Shown: one piece after another, positions 18,717 through 27,277 of the stretch | How the letters are laid out: each line of letters starts with the position of its first letter | How positions within the stretch are numbered: position 1 is the stretch's first letter | Assembly (NCBI GenBank): GCA_027452025.1 | Contig: DAIDHI010000033.1 | Span: 4,737-68,736 of the forward strand | Reading direction: 5' to 3' | DNA: 64,000 nt | DNA from: Elusimicrobiota bacterium | GTDB taxonomy: Bacteria > Elusimicrobiota > Elusimicrobia > UBA1565 > UBA9628 | Position numbers and translations under genes: made by a program | Notes under the pieces: model-generated | Told to the model about the DNA's origin: nothing | Databases searched by the model: none | Seen by the model: only the letters and a program-made list of their open reading frames with translations

Positions 18717-20552
18717 ATGTCCCGCTATTGGGTTTTTCAGAACAATCAAGTCGTGGGGCCCCACGACGCCGAAGAGCTCGCTCAGCTGCCGGGCTACGGC
18801 CCGGACACTCTGGTCTGCTCCGAGGGACGCAAGGGCACGAATATGGGCGACTGGCAGCGGGCCAGCATGATGCCGGAGCTGTCGGTGTCGCTCATGAAGG
18901 CGTCGCAGCTGGCGGCGGCCGGCAAGCCGGCGACAGGCGCGGTCTACGCTTCGCTGCCCCCGGAACCCACGCTCAAGGACCTCGCCGCGCTGGGAAGCCT
19001 GCAGGAGAAGGTCTCTTTCTTGGACTCGACGGTCACGCAGCTGCAAGACAGTCTGCGTCTGAAGGAAAACGAGCTGCTGAGCCTGCATAGGGAGCTGGAG
19101 GAAAAGACCAATCAAGCGCAGGGGCTGACTCAAAAGCTCGGCGCCCTCGAGCAGCAGCTCGCGTCCGTGGGCCAGCTGCAGCAGACCCTGGACAAGGCCG
19201 TCGCCGCCGAGCACGACGTGGAGTCGACCGTGGAGAAGCAAGCGCGCGTCATCGAAGACCTGACTCGCGAGATCCAGACGCTCAAGGGCGAGCAGCAGGA
19301 GATCGAGAAGCTCAAAGGCGAGCTGGAAACGCTTCGCAAGGGCCCGATTCTCGCGGCGCCGGCCGGCCTCGCCGCGCCGCAGGCTCTGCCCGACACGCTG
19401 GAGATCGTCCCGCCCGCCGCGCCGCCGTCGTCGCCGGCGCCCATCTCCCTGGAGCCCCCGTCTCCGGCCGCGTCCCCGGCCCCTTTTGCCGGCTTGTCGA
19501 TGCCCTTCGACGCGCCCGCCGAACCGGCGCCTTTCAAGCCCTTGCCCCTGGACCCCGTCTCTCCTGCCGCCGAGCCCTCCGTCGGCCCTTCGGCGTCGGC
19601 CCCCGGCCTGGAGCTCGGGGGGGCCGGCGCGGGTTTGGGCCTGTCGGCGGCGCCCTTCGGCGCTTCCGCCGCGTCGTTCAACCCCGTGCCGGAGGCGCCG
19701 GCCGGAGCGGATCTCGCCGCCAAGCCCAAGAAAAGCCGCGGCAAGGCTCTCGCGTTGGCGGGACTCGTCCTTGCCGGCGGCGCGGCCGCGGCCGCCGTCA
19801 AGCTGGGCCTTCTTCCGATTCCCGCGCTGAAGGCCGCCAAGCCGGCCCCGCCTCCCCTCCCCGCCGCTCCCCTCGCGCCCAAGCCCCCGTCGCCGGAGGA
19901 GCAGGCGGAGGCCGCCAAGCAAGCGGCCATCGACATGGTGCGCCGGTTCCCGACGCCGAAGGGCAAGACCATCGGAGAGGCTCTGGAAGCCGGCCTGAAG
20001 CTCGACGGGGGCCTCAGCCCGTGGCTGGCGGACAAGATCGTGGAAGGCGTCTACCAGGTCAATTTCTATTCCTCCAAACCTGCCGGAGGCAACGGACAAA
20101 CCTACGAGTTCGAGGCCAGCATGGCGGATGGTCGCGTGACGGGGCACAATCCGGTCGCGAAGGCCCTGCTGGCCACGCGGCCGCAAGTCGCGGCGACGCG
20201 CCGCCGGCGAGTGCGCGGCAAGGCGGCGCATGGCTCGATGCCGGGCGGCATGCTCAGCGCCCCCGGCTACGCGGGCGGACCCATCCAGCGGGCCGCGCCG
20301 AAGAAGCACGTCGCCCGGCGCGTGGCCAAGCCCGAGGCCACTCTCGACGACCTTCTCAGCGACAAGCAGGACAAGAAGAACGAGGGCCTCGATCAGATGC
20401 TGCTGCCCGGCATGGAGAAGGGGCAGGCGGGCGCCGACACGCCCCAGGCCCAGCCGACGAAGGCCTCCGCCGCCGCCAAACCGGCTTCGTCCCCGCAGGG
20501 CCAAGATCAGGGCTCGGACGCCGACCTCCTCGACACTATGCTCAAGCCCTGA
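18717..20552 (+). CDS. GYF_2-like domain / coiled-coil / proline-rich / TM protein
   Basis: The N-terminus YWVFQNNQVVGPHDAEELAQL...W resembles the GYF_2 (DUF4339) pattern. A heptad-rich segment of about 130 aa follows (LQEKVSFLDSTVTQLQDSLRLKENELLSLHRELEEK...), then a P/A/S-rich linker, a TM helix ALALAGLVLAGGAAAAAV and a C-terminal globular part. Confidence 0.65.
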   Translation: MSRYWVFQNNQVVGPHDAEELAQLPGYGPDTLVCSEGRKGTNMGDWQRASMMPELSVSLMKASQLAAAGKPATGAVYASLPPEPTLKDLAALGSLQEKVSFLDSTVTQLQDSLRLKENELLSLHRELEEKTNQAQGLTQKLGALEQQLASVGQLQQTLDKAVAAEHDVESTVEKQARVIEDLTREIQTLKGEQQEIEKLKGELETLRKGPILAAPAGLAAPQALPDTLEIVPPAAPPSSPAPISLEPPSPAASPAPFAGLSMPFDAPAEPAPFKPLPLDPVSPAAEPSVGPSASAPGLELGGAGAGLGLSAAPFGASAASFNPVPEAPAGADLAAKPKKSRGKALALAGLVLAGGAAAAAVKLGLLPIPALKAAKPAPPPLPAAPLAPKPPSPEEQAEAAKQAAIDMVRRFPTPKGKTIGEALEAGLKLDGGLSPWLADKIVEGVYQVNFYSSKPAGGNGQTYEFEASMADGRVTGHNPVAKALLATRPQVAATRRRRVRGKAAHGSMPGGMLSAPGYAGGPIQRAAPKKHVARRVAKPEATLDDLLSDKQDKKNEGLDQMLLPGMEKGQAGADTPQAQPTKASAAAKPASSPQGQDQGSDADLLDTMLKP

Positions 20553-20574
20553 CCGGTTCCTTTATAAGGCGATC

Positions 20575-21078
20575 ATGGAGGTCCTTCAGGCGCTCAAGCA
20601 GACCGAGGCGTCCCTCAGCCTGACCGCCGACCGCATCAGCGCCCTGGACGGCAAGCTCGAGGACCTGCTCTTCCGAGCCCAGCGCATCGCCTCCGCAGCC
20701 AAGAACAACTTGAAGACCAACGACACGATGTTCGGCTACGACCTCCAGGGCTTCCGGCGCGACGTGCGGGCCTTCGGCCATGAGATCACGGGCCTTCCCA
20801 ACATGATCGGGGCGCTGGAGCGCGCCGCGGAATTCTCGGAGCCCGCCATCAGGCCCGCGCAGGCGGTGATGCGGGCCTGCGAAAGGGTCAACCGAGCCCT
20901 CAAAGGCCTCCACGATCGCGCGCTCCTGGCGCATCAGCACATCCGGGAAGCCGAGCACAAGGTGGAAGCGTGGTATCTGGTCCAGGAAGTCGAGCAGATG
21001 GCCCAGAAAGGGCAATCGCTGCCCACGCTCGCCAACAAGGTTCTCATTCGCGTCAGCGATCCGAACTTCCAGGGATAG
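20575..21078 (+). CDS. Hypothetical all-helical protein (167 aa)
   Basis: Starts MEVLQALKQTEASL. Composition is balanced. I recognise no family. The upstream part of the track ORF (from 20230) is alternate-frame read-through of the previous gene. Confidence 0.55.
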   Translation: MEVLQALKQTEASLSLTADRISALDGKLEDLLFRAQRIASAAKNNLKTNDTMFGYDLQGFRRDVRAFGHEITGLPNMIGALERAAEFSEPAIRPAQAVMRACERVNRALKGLHDRALLAHQHIREAEHKVEAWYLVQEVEQMAQKGQSLPTLANKVLIRVSDPNFQG

Positions 21079-21079
21079 C

Positions 21080-21565
21080 ATGAGCGACCTGGACCTGCTG
21101 ATGCGCGTCGCGCGCCCCCGGACGCTCGTCGTTCTCGCCGCGGCCATCTTCCTCGTGGCCTACGGCAATTGGGCGCTGCGCTACCCGCGGCTTTGGTATC
21201 GTGAGCTCATGTATCCTCCGGCCAAGGATGTTTCGGGCCAGGGGCGCGATATAGAGCAGGCGCTGGAAGGGCAGAAATCGCTCGAGGTCGTGACTCGTTA
21301 CCGGCGCGTCGACGCTCTGCTGCAAGCCGCCGGGGCCCAGGGCTTCGACGTCTCGGGATTGGAGCGCGAGGCGCTGGAAGCGCTCGATCTCAACAAACCC
21401 GGCTACCGGACGCAGGCCTTGCTCGTGCTGTCGCGCGTGGAGCTGGAAATCCCGCGCAAGCGGCAGCCCGTGATTCCGGCCTCGGACGACGCTTCCGACC
21501 TGCGGGTTGCGCCCGATGTGCGCCCCAGCCGCGTCTCCCGGCGCCGACGGCGGAGGCGCGGGTGA
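21080..21565 (+). CDS. Hypothetical membrane-anchored protein with poly-Arg tail
   Basis: TM helix TLVVLAAAIFLVAYGNWAL. Begins 1 nt after the previous stop and overlaps the next start (GTGA). Confidence 0.5.
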   Translation: MSDLDLLMRVARPRTLVVLAAAIFLVAYGNWALRYPRLWYRELMYPPAKDVSGQGRDIEQALEGQKSLEVVTRYRRVDALLQAAGAQGFDVSGLEREALEALDLNKPGYRTQALLVLSRVELEIPRKRQPVIPASDDASDLRVAPDVRPSRVSRRRRRRRG

Positions 21566-23730
21566 GGCGTCGTCGCAGGCTCGCGGCTCTCGCGGTGGTC
21601 CTAGGCTGCGCGGCGGCGGCGGGTGGAGCGGAACTGCAGCAGACCGTCGAGTCGGCCTACCGGGCCTTCCTCGAGGGCCGGCTGGCCGACGCGCAAAGCG
21701 CCTACCGGTATCTCGCCACGATCGGGGCGGCCGTGCCCGACCCGGACGTCAATCTCGCCGTGCTGGCGCGGGACCGGGGTGACAACGATCTGGCCGTGGC
21801 GCAGTGGATGAAGGCCTCCCTCGGTCCCGGAGCCGACGGCTTCGTGTGGGACGAGCGCGGCTGGGCGGAGTTCTCGGCCGATCACCTGCGCGAGGCCAAG
21901 GAGGCCTTCCTCAAGGGCATCGACCGGTCGACGACGACGGCGACGCAAGCCGAAGCGAACCTGGGACTGGGGCTTCTGGCGCTGGCCGCTCGGGAGCCGA
22001 AATCCGGCCTGGCGCCTCTGCGCAGCGCCCTCGTGCAGGGCCCTTATGCGCTGTCCGCCGCTTCCTACGAGATGGCGCTCATCGCCCTCGCCGTGCGCGA
22101 CGGCTCTGCGGCGTTGGCGTATTTGCGCCAGAGCGTCGAGGTCGATCCGCTCAACTTCGAGGCGTTGGTCGCGCTCGCGAGATTCGAGGAGAAGATCGGG
22201 GAGACCCGCGTGGCCTGGACGCTCTATGGGCGGCTCCAGACCTTGGACCCGCAAGACAAGGAATTCGCCGGGCGCCTTCGGAAGCTCGCGCAATTCATCG
22301 ACGGCAACCCCCAGGACGGGCTGCCGGTGCGGCGGCTGGCCCGTCCGATGCTCGATGCGACCATCCCGCAGACGCCGCCGCCTTCGCCTGCTTCGGCGAG
22401 CCTGCGCGTCGCGCTGTTTTGCGACCGGGACGGCAAGCCGGCCGCGGCGACCCACTTTTATTTCATGACGAACGCGGACTTCAAGCTCGTCGCCGCCGAC
22501 GGCGAGGTCGTCAACGACAACGGCAAGGCGCTCGACCAGTGGGAAGCGACCTTCCGGCCGGAAAGCAATCTCGTCGAGGTCCGGGATCCCGCGAGAAACA
22601 TCGAGTACACGGCCAAGCAGCCTTTCAAGATCGTGCCGCAGGGACGCCTGGGAACCGTCCTCATCAAGAGCGCGCAGTTCACCCGGACCTTCGGCTTCGA
22701 CCGGGGGGACCGCGAGCTGCGCGGCAGCGTCGAGGTGATCCCGACGCCTTTCGGCTTCAAGCTCGTCAACGAGGTCCAGCTCGAGGACTATCTCCGCGGC
22801 GTGGTGGGCGCGGCCCTGCCCGAGGGCAGCCCGTCGCAGGCCTACGAGGCGCAGGCCATCGTGGCGCGCAGCACGGCCCTCTGGCAGAAGGCGCAGTCCG
22901 CGCCCACGTGGGAACGCGCCGACATCTGCGACTCGGAGGCCTGCCAGCGCTATCTCGGCGTCAACGAGGAGATGCAGAGCGCCTCGCGCGCCGTGGCGGC
23001 GACCGACGGAACGGTCCTGACGCTCGGCGGCCGCATCGCCCACCTGTCGCAGACCGAGGACTGCGGAGGCACGACGGAATCCGGGCGCGATTCCTCCGAC
23101 CCGAGCCTCGAGCACCTCGTGTCGGTCCACGACGGCCCCATGGCCGCCGTTCCCCTGCGCACGCCGGCCGAGCTCGAGCGCTGGACGCACGATTTCCCGC
23201 CCAAGGATCTCTATTGCGAGGCCGGCAATGTGGGCCAATCGCATTCGCGCTGGATCCGCGTGATCCCGGCCTCCGAGCTCAAGGAGCGCGCCGCGCGCAT
23301 CGAGTACATCGGCGACATCAAGAACCTCCGGGTGGCCGGCCGCACCGCGACCGGCCGCGTCCGGGCGCTCATCGCCGAGGGCACCCGCGGCACCCTGCGT
23401 TTCGAGGGCGCCCAGCAGATCGGAGATTTCTTGTCTCCCGGTTCGCTGCGCTCGACGTTGTTCACCATCACGCCCGTCATGAAGGGAAAGGTCGCCGACC
23501 GCTTCATCCTCTGGGGCGCGGGGACGGGCAGCGGGCTCGGGATGTGCCTGGCCGGCGCCGTAGGCCAGGCGAGCCTGGGGCGCAATTACCGCCAGATCCT
23601 CGAGACGTACTTTCCCGAGCTTCGCCTCGAGAACGTTCGCGCCCCCAAGCGTACGGCCCGCCGGGCCCCGCGGCACCATCTCAACCCGCGCCTGCGCCGA
23701 GTATTGGCGCGAAAAGCCCCGAAAAGATAA
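21562..23730 (+). CDS. TPR-repeat / SpoIID-LytB domain lipoprotein
   Basis: Signal/lipobox MRRRRRLAALAVVLGC and an N-terminal TPR-like region. C-terminal SpoIID-type motifs: YLRGVVGAALPEGSPSQAYEAQAIVARSTA, CDSEACQRYLG, and VLTLGGRIAHLSQTEDCGGTTES. Confidence 0.75.
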   Translation: MRRRRRLAALAVVLGCAAAAGGAELQQTVESAYRAFLEGRLADAQSAYRYLATIGAAVPDPDVNLAVLARDRGDNDLAVAQWMKASLGPGADGFVWDERGWAEFSADHLREAKEAFLKGIDRSTTTATQAEANLGLGLLALAAREPKSGLAPLRSALVQGPYALSAASYEMALIALAVRDGSAALAYLRQSVEVDPLNFEALVALARFEEKIGETRVAWTLYGRLQTLDPQDKEFAGRLRKLAQFIDGNPQDGLPVRRLARPMLDATIPQTPPPSPASASLRVALFCDRDGKPAAATHFYFMTNADFKLVAADGEVVNDNGKALDQWEATFRPESNLVEVRDPARNIEYTAKQPFKIVPQGRLGTVLIKSAQFTRTFGFDRGDRELRGSVEVIPTPFGFKLVNEVQLEDYLRGVVGAALPEGSPSQAYEAQAIVARSTALWQKAQSAPTWERADICDSEACQRYLGVNEEMQSASRAVAATDGTVLTLGGRIAHLSQTEDCGGTTESGRDSSDPSLEHLVSVHDGPMAAVPLRTPAELERWTHDFPPKDLYCEAGNVGQSHSRWIRVIPASELKERAARIEYIGDIKNLRVAGRTATGRVRALIAEGTRGTLRFEGAQQIGDFLSPGSLRSTLFTITPVMKGKVADRFILWGAGTGSGLGMCLAGAVGQASLGRNYRQILETYFPELRLENVRAPKRTARRAPRHHLNPRLRRVLARKAPKR

Positions 23731-23746
23731 GATCAAGCGGGCCTGC

Positions 23747-24910
23747 ATGGACACGGGCACGCGCGTCAAGGTCATCCACGTCGTCACACGCCTGGACTTC
23801 GGGGGCGCCCAGCAGAACACCCTCTATACCTGCCGGCACCTCGACTCCTCGCGCTTCGACTGCGTGCTGGCCAGCGGGCCCGGCGGGACCTTGGCCCCCG
23901 AGTTGGCGGCCTCCCTGGGCCAGGCGCGCCGGGTCATCGTGCCCTCTTTGGGCAGGGAGATCAGCTTGGGCCGAGACCTCCTCGCCCTGCTCCAGCTGGT
24001 CAATCTCTTCCTCTCGGAGCGTCCCGACGTGGTGCATACTCACAGCTCCAAGGCCGGCATCTTGGGCCACCTCGCCGCGGCCGCGGTCGGCGTGCCCGTC
24101 GTAATGCACACCTACCACGGATTCGGCTTCAACGAATTCCAGCCCCCGCGGGTCAAGAGGCTCTATGTCTGGCTCGAGCGGCTGTGCGCGCGCCTGAGCA
24201 CGGCGATCGTGTTCGTGTCGCGCGCCAACCAGGACTACGCCCGTCGGCACGGCATCGGCGATCCGGCGCGCTGGCGCCTTCTGCACTCCGGAGTCGCACT
24301 GAGCCGCTATCCCGCGCGCGTGGAGGACCGCGGGCGCAAGAAAGCCCAGCTCGGCCTCGGCTTGCACAAGCCCGTGGTGACCACCATCGGCAACCTGAAG
24401 CCGCAGAAAAATCCCGGCGACTTCCTCGCGATGGCCCAGAAAGTCCTGGCCCGCAGGCCGGAGACGGAGTTCTATTTCGTCGGCGACGGGCCGCTGCGCG
24501 GGCGCATCGAGTGCCAGGCGATCGCCGCGGGCCTGTCCAACCGACTGCGGCTTCCGGGCTGGCGCATGGACGTCGACGAGATCCTTGCCGTGTCCGACGT
24601 CTTCGTGCTGACCTCGCTTTGGGAAGGACTGCCGCGGGCCCTGGTCGAGGCGATGAAGACCGGCCTGCCCTGCGTCTGCTACGCGACGGACGGCGTCACC
24701 GACATCGTCTCCGACGGCGTCAACGGCTTCTGCGTGCCCCAGGGCAACGTCTCCGAACTCGCTTCCCGGGTGCTGGCGCTGCTCGACGACGAGAGCCTGC
24801 GCCGCCGGCTGGGCGAGCAGGCCGCTCGATCGATCGGCCCCGAGTTCGACATCGACGAGATGGTGCGTGCGCAGGAGCGCCTCTATGGCGAGCTGCTCGC
24901 CGCCGTTTAA
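23747..24910 (+). CDS. Glycosyltransferase family 4 (GT-B fold)
   Basis: VIHVVTRLDFGGAQ N-terminus and the EX7E motif SLWEGLPRALVEAM. Confidence 0.8.
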   Translation: MDTGTRVKVIHVVTRLDFGGAQQNTLYTCRHLDSSRFDCVLASGPGGTLAPELAASLGQARRVIVPSLGREISLGRDLLALLQLVNLFLSERPDVVHTHSSKAGILGHLAAAAVGVPVVMHTYHGFGFNEFQPPRVKRLYVWLERLCARLSTAIVFVSRANQDYARRHGIGDPARWRLLHSGVALSRYPARVEDRGRKKAQLGLGLHKPVVTTIGNLKPQKNPGDFLAMAQKVLARRPETEFYFVGDGPLRGRIECQAIAAGLSNRLRLPGWRMDVDEILAVSDVFVLTSLWEGLPRALVEAMKTGLPCVCYATDGVTDIVSDGVNGFCVPQGNVSELASRVLALLDDESLRRRLGEQAARSIGPEFDIDEMVRAQERLYGELLAAV

Positions 24911-25781
24911 GAAGCCCCTGGGGCTGGTCTTGTCCGGCGGCGGCGCGCTGGCCGCCTGGCAGATCGGGGCTCTGGCCGAGCTCGAGGAGAGATTGGGCCC
25001 GGTCTTCGACGGCGCGATCGGCTTTTCCGCCGGGGCGCTCAACGCCGCGGCCTACGCCTTTGGGCGCCTTCCGGAGGCTCTCGAGCGGTGGACCGGCGCC
25101 GGGTTCGGATTTCTCCGGCCGTCGCCGCGGCTGCGGCCGCTGAGCTTGTTCTCCGATGCGCCCTTGCGGCGGGCCATCGAGTTCCTGCCCGAGGACGGCG
25201 CGGCTCGCAGCCAAATGCGCAGCCGGCTGGTCGTGGTCTCGGCGCGCTGCGATCGCGGCGGGCTCGTCCACGGGGTCTTCGAGCCCGGTCAGGGCCGCTG
25301 GGACGGCCCTTTGCGCGACCACCTGCTGGCCAGCTGCGCGATCCCGCGGGTGTTCCCTCCGGTGGCCCTGAACGTCGAAGGACGTCGGCTGGCGGCTTTC
25401 GACGGGGGGGTGCCCTGCGGAGAGCCAATGGCGCTCGCGGCCCTGGGGCGCTGCGAGGACGTGCTCGTCCTCGAGATGGTGCGCGAGGAGGAGCTGGCGG
25501 CCCGGCCGTTTTGGCCGTGGCAGCGGGTTCATCTGGAAAATAGGGCGATCTGCCGAAGGCTCATCGACGCGACTTTGTGCGCCGCTTTGTGCGCCGCCCG
25601 GGGGCCCCGGGTCTTCCGGCTGGCGCCCTCGCGCCGGCTCGAGTTCGAGATGCTTCATTTTCGGCGCTCCGCCATCCGCGGCGCGATCGAGCAGGGACGC
25701 CGCGACGCCGCCGCCCTGCTTGCCGAGCCCGCCCGTTTCGTTGCGTCGGAAGTCCGCGGACCCGACATCCGCTTCAAATGA
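24885..25781 (+). CDS. Patatin-like phospholipase
   Basis: Oxyanion GLVLSGGGALAAW, nucleophile GFSAG and catalytic Asp in AAFDGGV. ATG 24885 overlaps the GT4 3' end by 26 nt (alternative GTG at 24867). Confidence 0.8.
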   Translation: MASCSPPFKKPLGLVLSGGGALAAWQIGALAELEERLGPVFDGAIGFSAGALNAAAYAFGRLPEALERWTGAGFGFLRPSPRLRPLSLFSDAPLRRAIEFLPEDGAARSQMRSRLVVVSARCDRGGLVHGVFEPGQGRWDGPLRDHLLASCAIPRVFPPVALNVEGRRLAAFDGGVPCGEPMALAALGRCEDVLVLEMVREEELAARPFWPWQRVHLENRAICRRLIDATLCAALCAARGPRVFRLAPSRRLEFEMLHFRRSAIRGAIEQGRRDAAALLAEPARFVASEVRGPDIRFK

Positions 25782-25792
25782 CGTCGATAAAT

Positions 25793-25801
25793 TGATATAT
25801 T
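25793..25801 (+). promoter_or_regulatory. Extended -10 element (TGaTATATT) upstream of icd
   Basis: Seen in the AT-rich spacer 41 nt upstream of the icd ATG. Confidence 0.35.
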
Positions 25802-25841
25802 AGCGGCAGCAGCCTTGCCGTCCGCGAGGAGATTCCCACAC

Positions 25842-27209
25842 ATGGCTCAATATAAGAAGATAAAGGTGCCCTCCGAGGGCGAAAAGATCGGCTTCAAGGA
25901 CGGAAAGCTCGTCGTTCCCGACCATCCCATCATCCCGTTTTTCCCCGGAGACGGCACCGGGCCCGATATCTGGAGAGCGACCAAGCTCGTCCTCGAAGGG
26001 GCCGTCGAGCGCGCCTATGAGGGCAAGAAGAAGATCGTCTGGATGGAGGTCTTCGCCGGCCTGACGGCGCTCAAGAACTACGACAAGGACACCGTTTTGC
26101 CCAAGGAGACTCTGGACGCGTTCAAGGAGTTCCGTGTCGGCATCAAAGGACCCCTGACCACGCCCGCCGGCCAATTCAAATTCGTCTGCCTCGACTGCGC
26201 CGCCGAGATGAATGACCGGCCCGCGCTGTGCCCGAAGTGCAAGAGCGAATGGATCACGCCGCGATTCCGCTCCGTCAACGTCGGCATCCGCCAGGCGCTC
26301 GACCTCTACGCCTGCGTGCGTCCGGTTCGCTGGTTCCAGGGCGTGCCGTGCCCCGTCAAGCACCCCGAAAAGTTCAACATCGTCATCTTCCGCGAGAACA
26401 CCGAGGATATCTACGCGGGCATCGAGTTCGAATACGGCACGAAGGACTGCCAGGAAGTCTACGACTTCCTGACCAAGAAGATGGGCAAGAAGATCCCGTT
26501 TGCCGACAGCGGCATCGGCATCAAGCCCATCTCGAAGACGGGCAGCCAGCGCCTGGTCCGCATGGCCATCCGCTACGCCATCGACCACAAGAAGCCGTCG
26601 GTGACTCTCGTGCACAAGGGCAACATCCAGAAGTTCACCGAGGGAGCTTTCCGCGACTGGGGCTACGAGGTGGCGAAGAGGGAGTTCCGCGATCAGATCG
26701 TGACCGAGGCGGAGCTGTGGGACAATCTCGGCGGCAAGATGCCGGCCGGCAAGGTCCTCGTCAAGGATCGCATCGCCGACCAGACGTTCCAGCAGCTGCT
26801 GCTGCGGCCCGACGAGTACAGCGTCCTCGCGACTCCCAACCTCAACGGCGATTATCTTTCCGACGCCGCCGTCGCCCAGGTGGGCGGCCTCGGCATCGGG
26901 CCCGGCGCCAACATCGGCGACGGCGTCGCCGTCTTCGAGGCGACGCACGGCACGGCGCCCAAATACACCAACAAGGACATGGTCAACCCGGGGTCGCTGA
27001 TCCTTTCGGGCGTGATGATGCTCGAGCACCTCGGCTGGCAGAAAGCCGCCGACATGGTCGTGAGCGCGCTCGAGCGGACCATCCAGGCCAAGACCGTCAC
27101 CTACGACTTCGAGCGCCAGATGGAAGGCGCCAAGAAGCTGAAGTGCTCGGAATTCGGCGCGGCCATCGTCGCCAACATGGGGGGGAGAGCTTTAGCGGCG
27201 GCCCGCTAG
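25842..27209 (+). CDS. icd: NADP-dependent isocitrate dehydrogenase with a zinc-ribbon-like insertion
   Basis: Collinear by eye with E. coli Icd ([67 protein letters not shown]). Carries about 30 extra residues with CxxC-x10-CxxC at aa 111-140. AGGAG SD before ATG 25842. Confidence 0.9.
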   Translation: MAQYKKIKVPSEGEKIGFKDGKLVVPDHPIIPFFPGDGTGPDIWRATKLVLEGAVERAYEGKKKIVWMEVFAGLTALKNYDKDTVLPKETLDAFKEFRVGIKGPLTTPAGQFKFVCLDCAAEMNDRPALCPKCKSEWITPRFRSVNVGIRQALDLYACVRPVRWFQGVPCPVKHPEKFNIVIFRENTEDIYAGIEFEYGTKDCQEVYDFLTKKMGKKIPFADSGIGIKPISKTGSQRLVRMAIRYAIDHKKPSVTLVHKGNIQKFTEGAFRDWGYEVAKREFRDQIVTEAELWDNLGGKMPAGKVLVKDRIADQTFQQLLLRPDEYSVLATPNLNGDYLSDAAVAQVGGLGIGPGANIGDGVAVFEATHGTAPKYTNKDMVNPGSLILSGVMMLEHLGWQKAADMVVSALERTIQAKTVTYDFERQMEGAKKLKCSEFGAAIVANMGGRALAAAR

Positions 27210-27230
27210 CCGCGTCGCCGCAGCGTCAAT

Positions 27231-27265
27231 CGCCGTCCCATGGGCCGCGCGCCCATGGGACGGCG
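27231..27265. terminator. Perfect 15-bp GC-rich hairpin after icd (no U-tract)
   Basis: cgccgtcccatgggc pairs with gcccatgggacggcg around a 5-nt loop. It starts 22 nt after the icd stop and ends 12 nt before the GT2 ATG. Confidence 0.4.
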
Positions 27266-27277
27266 GCTTAACCGTCC

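Noticed and set aside
19340-19900. Repetitive-looking GC-rich DNA that might be a tandem repeat or CRISPR-like array
   Set aside because: It is in-frame coding sequence for a Pro/Ala/Ser-rich linker. I saw no regular repeat-spacer periodicity and no conserved repeat unit.
18627-20504. 625-aa minus-strand ORF opposite the GYF/coiled-coil gene
   Set aside because: It would begin inside tRNA-Lys and is Arg/Gly-rich. The plus-strand frame has a promoter, a structured domain order and heptad periodicity.
21562-23730. SpoIID domain as evidence of an endospore programme
   Set aside because: No other sporulation genes are present. The window encodes an outer-membrane beta-barrel and lipoproteins typical of diderms. 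SpoIID/LytB domains also occur in non-sporulating bacteria.
21601-24104. ORFs 21601..23820 (minus) and 21804..24104 (plus, alternate frame) over the SpoIID gene
   Set aside because: Only the 21562..23730 frame shows SpoIID and TPR motifs. The others are Arg/Pro/Gly-rich read-throughs.
24885-25781. Patatin-like phospholipase as a possible CBASS/defence effector
   Set aside because: There is no cyclase, SMODS, TIR, STING, Cap or other signalling partner nearby. The gene overlaps a GT4 gene within an envelope operon, so a housekeeping lipid role is more likely.
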